DNA of 52,098 bases, filler included, from Stramenopiles sp. TOSAG23-6 (taxonomy: Eukaryota), in NCBI GenBank assembly GCA_900128565.1. It is 2 parts of 2 records of this genome, joined end to end, with 100 filler letters (N's around TTAATTAATTAA, not from the genome) between each part and the next. Parts side by side here need not be neighbours in the genome. Positions count along the whole stretch, not along the records: positions 1 to 26,014 come from LT635988.1; positions 26,115 to 52,098 come from LT635989.1. The stretch is one strand, 5' to 3'. The notes under the pieces are model-generated. The model was not told where the DNA came from, did not search any database, and saw nothing but the letters and a program-made list of their open reading frames with translations. Position numbers and translations under genes: made by a program. Positions 21,289 to 32,100 of the stretch are shown piece by piece (the first letter of the stretch is position 1; each line of letters begins with the position of its first letter).

Positions 21289-23543
21289 ATGTCAACTGGT
21301 GGTAGAAAGGGACGCTTCAACAGCTACAATAATCGTAGTGGTAACTATTTATCTTCAACTCAGTACACGCACCAGAAAAATCATTGTAGAAATGATACAA
21401 GTGGTGGGACTGATAGCTACAGGACAATTAAAAGCAGTACCAATAGAATGAATAGAACTAATATTCAAAAAAATGATCGTAGACTGGTGGACTCAAACTA
21501 CCGTCAAACTTCAAATCTAGACAACTTGAGAAAATTTGACTCGTCTTATTCGAGTACTTCCTCATTGATGCATTCTTCCCACGACCAGAGACATTCTAAT
21601 AGCATGAAAAGATCATATAAACGCCAAGGTTCGTATCTGCTCGGAGGTTCGCCATCTTTGCATAGCCAAAATAGATCCTATTCAGGCAGCAGTTTCAGTA
21701 ATTTAACTATGGAACAGCAACTTCCTGACAAAGAAAGCACTGAAAAAAATAATTATAACTGTAAAACACAGTCAAAACAACAACTATTGAGCCAAACGAC
21801 AAACAAACGACTTGAAAGAGCAATGAAGCATTTAGATTTGTCAAGTAATTTTACATTAAACCGATCCACAACACCAATTTTAAATTCAAACAAATTCGCT
21901 TCAAAGGATACGTCTCACATGCTTTCATATAATAGTTATGAAGATTCAAACAAATTCTCTTCAAAAGATACGTCTCGCATGCTTTCATATAATAGTTATA
22001 AAGACCCGAGTAGTGTCCCCAGTACGATGAATTACTCAACTTCGGCATTACCAATACATTCAAAGAAAGTGGAAAATTGCACTAACCCATTAGTTATTTC
22101 AAACACATCAAGAATTTCCAAACAAAATGATTTATGCCATCCTCTACATAGATACAGTAGATGTAACGGGAGAAATCGACGAATCTCCGACACACATGTT
22201 TATGATAATAGCTTTCGGAATAGCCCCATTAGTAAGACTGGTAATAAAGTTATTGGCATCAAAAGTCAAAATGAATTTTCTCAACAAAAGAGTGACTGCA
22301 CGAAGAATGAATTATATGCAGTGTTTTCTAATCCTTCAACACCTCGTTGGCCACTACCACCGTCGACACCACTAAGAGAATCTCCTGCAGGTAAAAAGGC
22401 TGGCTATTGTGGTTTACGCAATTTAGGTAATACTTGTTTTATGAATTCTGCATTACAATGTTTGAGTAACACTCCTACTTTAACTGATTATTTTCTTAGG
22501 GGAAGACATCAACGGCAAATCAATAGGACAAATCCATTGGGAATGCGTGGTGAGTTGGCTACTGCATATGCTGACTTGATATCATCAATGTGGAATGAAA
22601 CAAAACAATCAATTTCACCATCTAAATTCAAAGCAGTTATAAGTAAATTTGCACCTCAATTTAGTGGTTATCGGCAGCACGACAGTCACGAATTATTAGC
22701 ATTCCTTCTAGATGGTATTCATGAAGATTTAAACCAAGTTAAAAACAAGCCATATAGAGAAATGCCAGATGATTCATCAATGCAAGACATCGAATTAGCG
22801 AATTTATTTTGGCAGCATCATACAGCTCGAAATCAATCAATTATTGTAAATCTTTTTCATGGACAATTTAAATCACGAGTACAGTGTCCTGAGAAGTCAT
22901 GTACGTTTTATTTTTTTTTCAAGTTCGAATTTATTTTTCGTACGAAATTTTGTACCTAACAAATTTTTGAATTTTTTTTGAAATATTTTTCCAAAATACA
23001 TGTAAACATACTTCACTCACATTTGATGCGAGCATGTATCTATCAGTTCCGGTTGTAAAAAAAAGTAGAGGAAGAAGTAGTAGTACTCATTTAAGAGACT
23101 GTCTAGCAAAGTTTTCGACACAGGAACAATTAGGTAAGAATGATCAATGGTATTGCTCAAAGTGTAAAAAATTTAAACAAGCGTATAAACAGCTTACGAT
23201 TTGGAAATTACCTCGTATACTTGTATTGCATCTCAAACGTTTTCAACATGGAAAATACCGACGGAGTAAACTTGAGACTTTGGTTGAATTTCCAATTTCT
23301 GGATTAGATATGTCTTCATACTTGGTGCCTGGATCTCCTGATTCAAAAATGTCTAATTTATATGACTTAATTGCGGTATCTAACCACTCTGGAAATATGA
23401 GAGGAGGGCATTATACCGCATGTGGATTAAATCAGGTGACTGGCCAATGGCTATGTTTTAATGACGCAATGGTAAGTTCAGTGAGTGAATCTTCACTTGT
23501 ATCTAAATCAGCATATATATTATTTTATAAAAGAAGACAATAA
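21289..23543 (+). CDS. Ubiquitin-specific protease (C19, USP4/11/15- or USP8-like); exons 21289-22900, 23002-23543
   Basis: [53 protein letters not shown]. Confidence 0.93.
22901..23001 (+). other. GT-AT intron (101 nt)
   Basis: Removal corrects the frame and restores [24 protein letters not shown]. Confidence 0.88.
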
Positions 23544-23651
23544 AAACCCCTAAAAGAATGGTTGATATCAATGACGTTAAACATTATTCCACCAACAATG
23601 TTTGAAGTAAAAAAAAGGAAAATGATTCATATAATCGACACCCTAAACTAT

Positions 23652-24518
23652 TTAACTCTTTGTATGTTTTCTTTCATACATTTCCTCTGCAATTTTCATT
23701 TCCAATTTAACTTGTTTATAAATTTCTTCGTCTTCCTTTTTGCGGTCTCGCTCTACACTTGTAGAATATACTTTCGATAAAGAAGAACCTATAGGTTTTA
23801 ATACATTCTTGGCATACATACCAAATTCTTTGAAACTAGATGACTCAGTAGAGTACGCAACACCTCCTACTAATATACCCATACCACCAACAGCGATGAC
23901 AGTTGCATAAGCAAAAGCTTTCATAGCAGAAGTCATAGCTGCTGTTTTTGTGGCGTTTGATATAGATGTGCCGGTAATTCTGCCCGTAGTTCTCAACCCA
24001 ACATGTTTTGATGTTTTACTTTTTTCCACTCTAGGACTAAAAGAATGTTGTCTTTTTTCCACTCTAGGACTAAAAGAATGTTGTCTTTTTTGTCGTCGTA
24101 AACCCATGTAAAAGCCACCTCCTAAAAATGTTATGCCACACGCAGATAAAATAGAATATTGGAATGTTGTGGACTGTAAGAGTGATGAAGATAATGATGG
24201 TTCCGACACTGTACAAAAATCTTTTACATTTGTTTCCACGACAAAAAACTCGTTTTCTCCAGTCGGTTTCACCCAAGAAGTCACACCAGTGTCTCGATTG
24301 TGATAATACTCCCTTTGATAACTTTTATCAAAATAAATATACCATTTATCTCTAAAAGAAGTGTTACTAAGCGGTGGTAAACTTAAAGAGCTTGACCCTT
24401 TTGAGTTGTCTGATGAGGCTGCTATTGAATACATCGAGGCAGTACAAACAGAACCCGCTATAACAACCACTCCAGCAGCAACAACAGCAATCGTTGAATA
24501 ATCATCATAGTTTGGCAT
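23652..24518 (-). CDS. WW-domain membrane protein with a TMEM242/DUF1358-like C-terminus
   Basis: WYIYFDKSYQREYYHNRDTGVTSWVKP; AMKAFAYAT...SFKEFG; 33-bp internal duplication (KRQHSFSPRVE twice). Confidence 0.7.
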   Translation of the reverse strand: MPNYDDYSTIAVVAAGVVVIAGSVCTASMYSIAASSDNSKGSSSLSLPPLSNTSFRDKWYIYFDKSYQREYYHNRDTGVTSWVKPTGENEFFVVETNVKDFCTVSEPSLSSSLLQSTTFQYSILSACGITFLGGGFYMGLRRQKRQHSFSPRVEKRQHSFSPRVEKSKTSKHVGLRTTGRITGTSISNATKTAAMTSAMKAFAYATVIAVGGMGILVGGVAYSTESSSFKEFGMYAKNVLKPIGSSLSKVYSTSVERDRKKEDEEIYKQVKLEMKIAEEMYERKHTKS

Positions 24519-24818
24519 TCTAATATTCACTTGTATGTATGGAAAACATTAAATACCTTATTTAGTTCACTTCCACAATACATATCACTATTTTTTGGAT
24601 CATGCGTAGATTTACAGCCCCGGTGCTGCGACCAATACTTCTATATAGTAGGTCTGTAGTAGCGGTAGTATTGTATAGCCTAACAACACAGCCTTGTCAG
24701 AATCGCGACGACGTCACACGTGTCATCTCGTGTTGACAGAAACACTTCGACTTCTGATAATCTGATTAGCTTTGTACGCTGTAGAAGACGAGCATCACAA
24801 GCAGCTACTGCCGCGCTC

Positions 24819-25478
24819 ATGAGTGGTCGTGGTAGAGGTGGCTATGGNGGTCGTGGTCGTGGTCGNGGCAGTGGAGATGGTAAAGGTGGTAGATTAGCAT
24901 ATATACAGAAAAGCCAAACCACTGGCCCTCCTCCTTTGTACCCATCAGTAGAAAATCCTCCCCAACTTGTAGAAATATCTGACAAATTGAAGTATCAAGT
25001 TTTAAAGTATCAAGAAATGACATATGAGTTAAAATCGTCACCATTTTATGTTACTAAAGAAGTATCAACAACAGTTCGACGATATACTGACCGATATCGT
25101 ATACGGAGTAAAGGAACAGACGCATTACCATCGTGGCTCCCAAGTGGCAGTGCTGCACACACCCTGATGCCCCTTGAACTCCGTATTTCTACAAACGCTC
25201 GTGAAAGGCAGCAAGCATTAAAAAATGCGGCTATAGAGGCTAATACTTTAATTGCGACTTCTCGTGACGCACAGATGGCTTCGGATGCAGCACATAAGGC
25301 TGCGTTGTTTAGTAATTGGAGCACTGAGCTTACCAGGCAAGACGAAGCTGAGAGTGAAGGTGACGATGAAGTTAGCGATAACGACAATGAGGATAATGAA
25401 GATTTTAATGATTACACTGTAGATTACTATGATGAAGACCATGACGATGGTGGTGATGAAGATGGAGCTGTGTTTTAG
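24819..25478 (+). CDS. RNA polymerase III subunit RPC31/RPC7-like
   Basis: MSGRGRGG start, PPPLYP, SPFY, RYTDRY, PLEL and an acidic tail with DY..DYYD. Confidence 0.8.
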   Translation: MSGRGRGGYXGRGRGXGSGDGKGGRLAYIQKSQTTGPPPLYPSVENPPQLVEISDKLKYQVLKYQEMTYELKSSPFYVTKEVSTTVRRYTDRYRIRSKGTDALPSWLPSGSAAHTLMPLELRISTNARERQQALKNAAIEANTLIATSRDAQMASDAAHKAALFSNWSTELTRQDEAESEGDDEVSDNDNEDNEDFNDYTVDYYDEDHDDGGDEDGAVF

Positions 25479-25843
25479 TTAATGTTGATGATCCGCTATA
25501 AATCGATTATTATTATTATTATTATTATTATTTATTTGTACTTTTTTGTTTCTCTGAAGCATCAAGCGAGTATCTTGGGTACCGTACTTTCACTAGAGTT
25601 TTTACATTATTTAGTATGTAGCCTAGAATGAAAAAATACTTTCTTGTGACTGCAGCTGAAGCAATTATCTTTAATAGAAACAAATTAATAGTGATTTCCG
25701 TGGCAATAAATATTCATGAAATAACTCTAAAAGACAACTTTATTGCTATCGAAATTTCGAAAATAAATATTTATCAAACACTGTATCCATGGTAGTATTG
25801 TAATATTTCGACCTCTACTTTTTACTAGGCCTAGGTTGTGACT

Positions 25844-26014
25844 TCATACTAATTCGTGGTGACCGTCTTCAGCATAGTCAACATCAGACCCAGAGTCTTC
25901 TGCTGCTGCTTCTTCTGCTGCTTCTTTAGCTGCTGCTGCTTCTTCTGCTGCTTCTTTAGCTGCTGCTGCTTCTTCTGCTGCTTCTTTAGCTGCTGCTGCT
26001 TCTTCTGCTGCTTC
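25844..26014 (-). CDS. 3' end of a gene truncated by the gap; 30-bp tandem repeat encoding (EAAEEAAAAK)n, ending ...DYAEDGHHELV*
   Basis: Open minus-strand frame from the gap to TGA at 25846-25844; absent from the ORF track because it has no start codon. Confidence 0.65.
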   Translation of the reverse strand, partial: EAAEEAAAAKEAAEEAAAAKEAAEEAAAAKEAAEEAAAEDSGSDVDYAEDGHHELV

Positions 26015-26114
26015 NNNNNNNNNNNNNNNNNNNNNNNNNNNNNNNNNNNNNNNNNNNNTTAATTAATTAANNNNNNNNNNNNNNNNNNNNNNNNNNNNNN
26101 NNNNNNNNNNNNNN
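26015..26114. other. Assembly gap: 44 N + TTAATTAATTAA + 44 N (artificial six-frame stop linker)
   Basis: Symmetric 100-nt spacer. Confidence 0.95.
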
Positions 26115-26169
26115 CAAAATTTCGTACGAAAAAAAATAAATTCGAAATTGAAAAAAAAATAAAACATAC
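26115..26169 (-). other. Repeat-family intron, 3'-truncated by the gap
   Basis: GTATGTTTTA...CGTACGAAATTTTG directly follows the codons for DHIGH. Confidence 0.85.
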
Positions 26170-26853
26170 GTGTCCTATGTGGTCGAGTCCGAGGTAGTGT
26201 AATAGTAAAACATCCCAATCCTGACTTTTTGAATGTATCCAAGTTGGATCTAATTCGTCAATGAGATGCCGTGTAACATTGTTATCAACTTCAGTGAAAT
26301 CATTTGTGAAGAAACTCACAGTTCCGTCGGCGCGCAAAAAACGATTTGGAAACAATTTTAACCACGTATCATCGCCGTACATGACAAGTTTTTTTCCAGC
26401 TGTGCGTAATCGATCCAATAAACTATACTCCGAATTCGCTGCTTTATCATCATGCCCATTATCCGAAATATCTTCTGCATTGAAATTGTGAATTACATCA
26501 ATAAACTTTGGTGTTGAACCAGTAGCTAAAGCCTTGAGACGAGGAAGAGTCACGGTAGGTGTCTGTGCCTCTGCAACATAGGCGTGAGCGCGCTCATTAT
26601 GAATGAGGGACTGTACATACGGCATGTTACCTTCAAATGCAAAGTCTGAACGTAGAGCATCTACTAACATAATCACAACACGATCATAAACTGCTTCCAT
26701 ACTTGTCTCAGAATTTGAGTTATTTTGATTATCTAAGTGTCCGACAGGTTGAGGCATCTGATTGGTATTACTGACATCAAAAAACGTAAAAGAAAACTTT
26801 GATACTGCAGCAAACTGTAAAGCAATAACACCACATAAAAGTGCCAATAACAT
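26170..26853 (-). CDS. PIGG: GPI ethanolamine-phosphate transferase (PIG-G/GPI7-like), first exon
   Basis: VDALRSDF, PTVTLPRLKALATG, GDDTWLKLFP, SFF..DFTEVDNNVTRH, LHYLGLDHIGH. Confidence 0.85.
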
Positions 26854-27108
26854 TATGTATTACTTTCTATGCTGTAGCTTATACATTAACAAACATCATG
26901 ACGAAAGATGAATATAAAATTATAGATACTATAATATGGTCAAAAGTCACACAAGTGTTGAGTCGTCTATCAACGACACGTGTCAAACGAAAAGTCAAAG
27001 TTCGTTTTTAGCGGTCAGCACAAACACGTGCCAATTCTGCATACTTACCTGGTACAGTGTATACACTTCAATAATAGATTGAGTAGTAGTAATAGCATTG
27101 CAGTTAGA

Positions 27109-27642
27109 ATGAGTTTCTTTGGGCGACGATTAGTCAATTCTCTTCCCAAATGCGCTGAATTTGCACGCNGATCATCAGGACACCGTGGCCCTCATCAACA
27201 GCAAGTGATGAAGAGAAGATTAAGAGGACTTTACGCCGGAAAACACATACAGTTCGGTAACAACGTATCGCATTCCAAGCGGCGAACCCGCCGTTGTTGG
27301 AAACCTAACGTACAATCTAAAAGATTGTGGAGTGTTGCTCTTAATGATTGGCTTAAGTTTAATGTAACAACAACAGCTCTTCGATGTATCGATAAAGCTG
27401 GAGGTATCGACAACTACTTATTATCAAACACACGAAAAGATCTTGACTCTATTGTTGGAGAAACTGCTAGAAAGCGCATACAGAACGCCCTCGATGGAAT
27501 AAATGAAGAGAAGAAGAAGGCATTTGATCGTAGAAATATTGATAATACACGTCAGCGTATGGGATTAACGAAACGTTTTGGGCGCGCTCACCGCTCTGAT
27601 GTCCACCCTCAAGTGAAACAGAAATTGAACTTTACCAGTTAG
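27109..27642 (+). CDS. MRPL28: Mitochondrial ribosomal protein bL28m
   Basis: GLYAGKHIQFGNNVSHSKRRTRRCWKPNVQ, ALRCIDKAGGIDNYLL; presequence-like N-terminus. Confidence 0.9.
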   Translation: MSFFGRRLVNSLPKCAEFARXSSGHRGPHQQQVMKRRLRGLYAGKHIQFGNNVSHSKRRTRRCWKPNVQSKRLWSVALNDWLKFNVTTTALRCIDKAGGIDNYLLSNTRKDLDSIVGETARKRIQNALDGINEEKKKAFDRRNIDNTRQRMGLTKRFGRAHRSDVHPQVKQKLNFTS

Positions 27643-27928
27643 AATAGAATTTTTTTTATATAAAGCATACATAATATTTAGATGCTGTTTTTATAATTGT
27701 ATGTAAGGTAGTGTATAGTACTTTATACTTATAATTTATTTTATTTGAGTAACAATAACCACAAAAATGTACGAACTTTCGTCATTCCAAAATTGAATTT
27801 TTTACCTACATATTTTTTCGTAGAAAATTTCGTACGTAACGATTTTGTTTTACTAAAAAAATTGGTATTAAACTTTCCAATCAACTTCTGTCAACACAAC
27901 AAAATGTAGATGTGATGACAAGTAAACC

Positions 27929-28696
27929 TTAAAATTGGAGATAAAAATGGAATGCATGAATATAAGCAAAACCACCAGGTTGTTTGGTGCATTTTTTGTG
28001 TGTGTAAGGCGTGGGCAATTGGAATATAGACATTGATGGTTGACTTAATTTGACATTGGTAAACTGATACGTCATGTATTTTGGAAAAATATTTCAAAAG
28101 AAAAATCGTTAGGTACAAAATTTCGTACGAAAAAAAAAATCGAATTTGAAAAAAAATAAAACATACATTAAAGGTTCAGAAATTCCCTGTCCATCTTCAC
28201 CTACAGCTAACCACTCTTCTGTCAACATAACAGGATAACCAGTATCGGCATTCTGCCAGATATGGATGTATGAATCTAAAGTTTTGACGATAAATCGTTC
28301 GCAGTTTGTGCAAATGCCAGAGAGCGACTCATTTCCTTTATAGGTTGCTGTAGAAGGAAACTTTGGTTCTGGCATATTCTCACCCAAGTAGAACCTATTA
28401 CACTCAGCATATTCGCCACTTTCAATCATATACTCTTGTTTTGAGTCATAGCGTCGGATGTAACTTCTTCCTGCTTCATAGCCGACGCTGATGTCAGCCC
28501 GAGCACGGCGATTTGTATAGTCATAATAGACTTTTAGTTTTCGCTCCCGATGAGGATATTCTGTGCCCTCCGGTATCTGATGTGCTGTAATTACTAAATC
28601 GGCAGAAAATTGTAGTGGAAAACGAAGTACGGGTGTTAAAGAGTAACCAAAGTGAACAAGTATGAAGCAGAAGAGTAAAACTGACTGTAGCATCAT
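27929..28696 (-). CDS. Secreted protein, possibly ependymin-related (LolA-like fold); exons 28696-28167, 28073-27929
   Basis: Signal peptide, PLQFSA, YYDYTNRRAR; the spliced tail is TYQFTNVKLSQPSMSIFQLP..C. Confidence 0.65.
28074..28166 (-). other. GT-AT intron (93 nt)
   Basis: Near-consensus copy; the next AG is 10 nt downstream and out of frame. Confidence 0.85.
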
Positions 28697-29144
28697 GCCT
28701 GCGGAAGAAAAAGCGTCAGTAAACTCTCACCGTATTCTAAAATAAATATAGTATGTAAAAGCGTAAATATGAATATTGATATCTTAAAGAAGGTAATGAG
28801 TTTAATTCCTTTCGATGGTCTTTTAGAGTATTCCTCGCATTAAAAGAAGCTCTTTTTTGTCAAGTCAAAATTTTTAATGGTAAAAAAAAGGAAAAAAAAG
28901 CACAATAACAATAATTTTAGAAATTCAACAATCAATCATTCGCATTCGAATAATAATGACGTCATCGTGTCAAAAATGCTACCAATACGAATTCCTTTCT
29001 CAGCTGACTCAGGAAACTAGTCATTAGGTAATTTTAGTACGTACCATTCTATAACATTCACTATATTCGAAACAAACATTTGCTACTCTCTTGAAAGGAG
29101 GTAATTTAACTTGGTGTTACTTTGATTGCAACATGTACTGCAAT

Positions 29145-32100
29145 ATGAAAAGATTATTACTATCTATATTACTTATTGCTCTTCTTTGCACCACCGCAGA
29201 AGCCGGCAAAAAAAGAAGAAGGAAAAAAGCAACGTCACTGTATGAAGCTGCAAAGAATGGTTATGTTGGAGTAGTTCGACAACTTCTCAAAGCGGAGAAT
29301 ATTAATGTCAATCTGGCTAGTATTGATGGAGTTACTCCATTGTATATTGCTTCACAATATGGTCATGCAGGAATAGTTGCACAACTTATTACTGCTGGTG
29401 CTGATGTCGATAAGGCTACTAACAAAGGAGCTACCCCATTGTATATTGCTTCACAGAATGGTCATGAAAATGTAGTTGAAAAACTTCTTGCTCTAGGTGC
29501 TGATGTCGATAAGGCTGGTCGTCTCGGGAAAACACCATTGTATATTGCTTCAGAGTATGGTCATCCAGGAGTAGTTGCACAACTTATTGCTGCTGATGCT
29601 GATGTCGATAAGACTGATCTAAGAGAATTTACCCCATTGCATGTTGCTTCACATAATGGTCATGCGGGAGTAGTTGAACAACTTATCACTGCTGAAGCTG
29701 ACGTCAATCGGGCTAGAGCAGGATTCACCCCATTGATGAGTGCTGCGCGTGAAGGTCATGCAGGAGTAGTTGCACAACTAATTGCTGCTGGTGCAAATGT
29801 CCACGAGGCTAGGAATGGAGTTACCCCATTGATTTTCGCTTCAGCGAGTGGTAATGTGGAAGTAGTTCAACTTGTTCTTGACGCAGGTGCTGATGTCCAT
29901 CATGCTGATAAGAACGGAGCTACCCCATTGTATGCTGCTGCTTCGTTGAAAGTTCATGAAGAAGTAGGTGCACGACTTATCGCTTCAGAGAAGGGTAATG
30001 TGGGAGTAGTTCAACTTCTTCTTGATGCAGGTGCTGATGTCAATCATGCTGCTGAGAACGGAACTACCCCATTGTATATTGCTTCAAAAGAAGGTAAGGA
30101 TGAAGTAGTTGTACAACTTATCACTGCTGGTGCTGATGTCAATCAGGCTGATAACGATGGTATTACGCCATTGAGTATTGCTTTAGCGAAAGGTCATGAG
30201 GGAGTAGTTAAAGAACTTCTCGAAGCAAAGGCAGATGTCAATCAGGCTAATAAAGACAGAGAAACCCCATTGCATATTGCTTCATGGAGTGGTCATGCGG
30301 GGGAAGTTGTACAACTTATCACTGCTGGTGCTGATGTCAATCATGCTAATAAAACCGGGGCTACAGCATTGTATATGGCTTCATTGAATGGCCATGATAA
30401 AGTAATTGAACTACTTCTCAAAGCAGATAATATTGATGTCAATAAGGCTGATCAAGACGGAGATACCCCATTGATAGCTGCTTCACGAAATGGTCATGCA
30501 GTAGTACTTGGGCTACTTATTGGTGCTGGTGCTGCTACTGATGTCAATCAGCCTAACAAAAAAGGTGCCACCCCGTTGTATATTGCTTCACAGGAAAATA
30601 AGGTAGAAGTAATTGAAAAACTAATCGAGGCAAAAGCATATGTCAATTTTGCTGATAACGACGGAGCTACCCCATTGTATATTGCTTCACATAATGGTCA
30701 TGTTGGAGTAATTCGACAACTTCTCAAAGCGGAGAATATTAATGTCAATCTAGCTAGTATTGATGGAGTTACTCCATTGTATATTGCTTCACAATATGGT
30801 CATGCAGGAGTAGTTGCTCAACTTCTTAATAAAGAAGCTGATGTCAACAAGACTATGAAAGGCGAATTTACCCCATTGTATGTTGCTTCAGAGTATGGTC
30901 ATGTTGGAGTAGTTCGACTACTTCTTGATAAGGGTGCTGGTATCAATCATGCTGATCATCAAGGAATTACCCCATTGTATATTGCTTCACAGAATGGTCG
31001 TGTTGGAGTAGTTGGAGTACTTCTTGAAAAGCATGCTGATGTCAATCAGGCTACTGACGACGGATGTACCCCATTGCATGTTGCTTCAGCACATGGTTAT
31101 GTAGGAATAGTTGAAGAACTCATTGCTGCTGATGCTGTTGTCAATCAGACTACTAAAAGCGAAGTTACCCCATTGTTTGTTGCTTCGGAGAATGGCCATG
31201 ATAAAGTAGTTACACAACTTATCACTGCTGGTGCTGATGTCAATCAGGTTGAAAACACCGGAGGTACACCATTGTTTATTGCTTCAAAATATGGTCGTGT
31301 TGGAGTAGTTGAACTACTTATTAAAGCAGGTGCTAATGTCAACACGGCTAAAAAATACGGAGAAACCGCATTGCTTATTGCTTCACAGAATGGTCATGCT
31401 GGAGTAGTCAAACTACTTATTGATGCTGGTGCTGATGTCAATCAGGCTGCAGCAGGCGAATATACCCCATTATATGTTGCTTCACATAAGGGTTGTGCAG
31501 GAGTGGTTGGGCTACTTATTGGTGCTGGTGCGGATGTCAATCAGCCTAACAAAAAAGGTGTCACCCCATTGTATATTGCTTCACAGGAAAATAAGGTAGA
31601 AGTAATTAAAAAGCTGATCGAGGCAAACGCATGTGTCAATTTTGCTGATAACTTCGGATCTACCCCATTGCTTATTGCTTCACAGAAGGGTCATGTTGGG
31701 GTAGTTAAATCACTTCTCAAATCAGATGATATTGATATCAATCAGGCTAATGAAGACGGATATACCCCATTAATGATTGCTTCAGCAAAGGGCAATGGAA
31801 AAATTGAAAAGCTATTGAAACTAAGGGGACTACAGCCCCTCTTTGATGCATTTGACAAAGTTGGCATACCATCTGCGAGAATCTTGAGTAATAAAAACCC
31901 GAAGTTGGTGCAAGCATTTTCAGAGTTGAACACTCTAAACGACATTATTGAAGGTACTTTCACAGCCCTTGAAAATCTTTGCGGTTCTATGGATTCAATG
32001 AATGTAGTAGCCATTAAAAACGAAAATAAAAAGATATGGACATCATTTATGGAAGCCTATGAAACAAAACCAAAGTATAAAGATTTCACAAAGCTCAGCA

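Noticed and set aside
25856-26062. Cys/Phe-rich ORF on the + strand
   Set aside because: Antisense shadow of the Glu/Ala repeat on the minus strand.
26059-26070. TTAATTAATTAA palindrome
   Set aside because: Artificial linker centred in the N gap.
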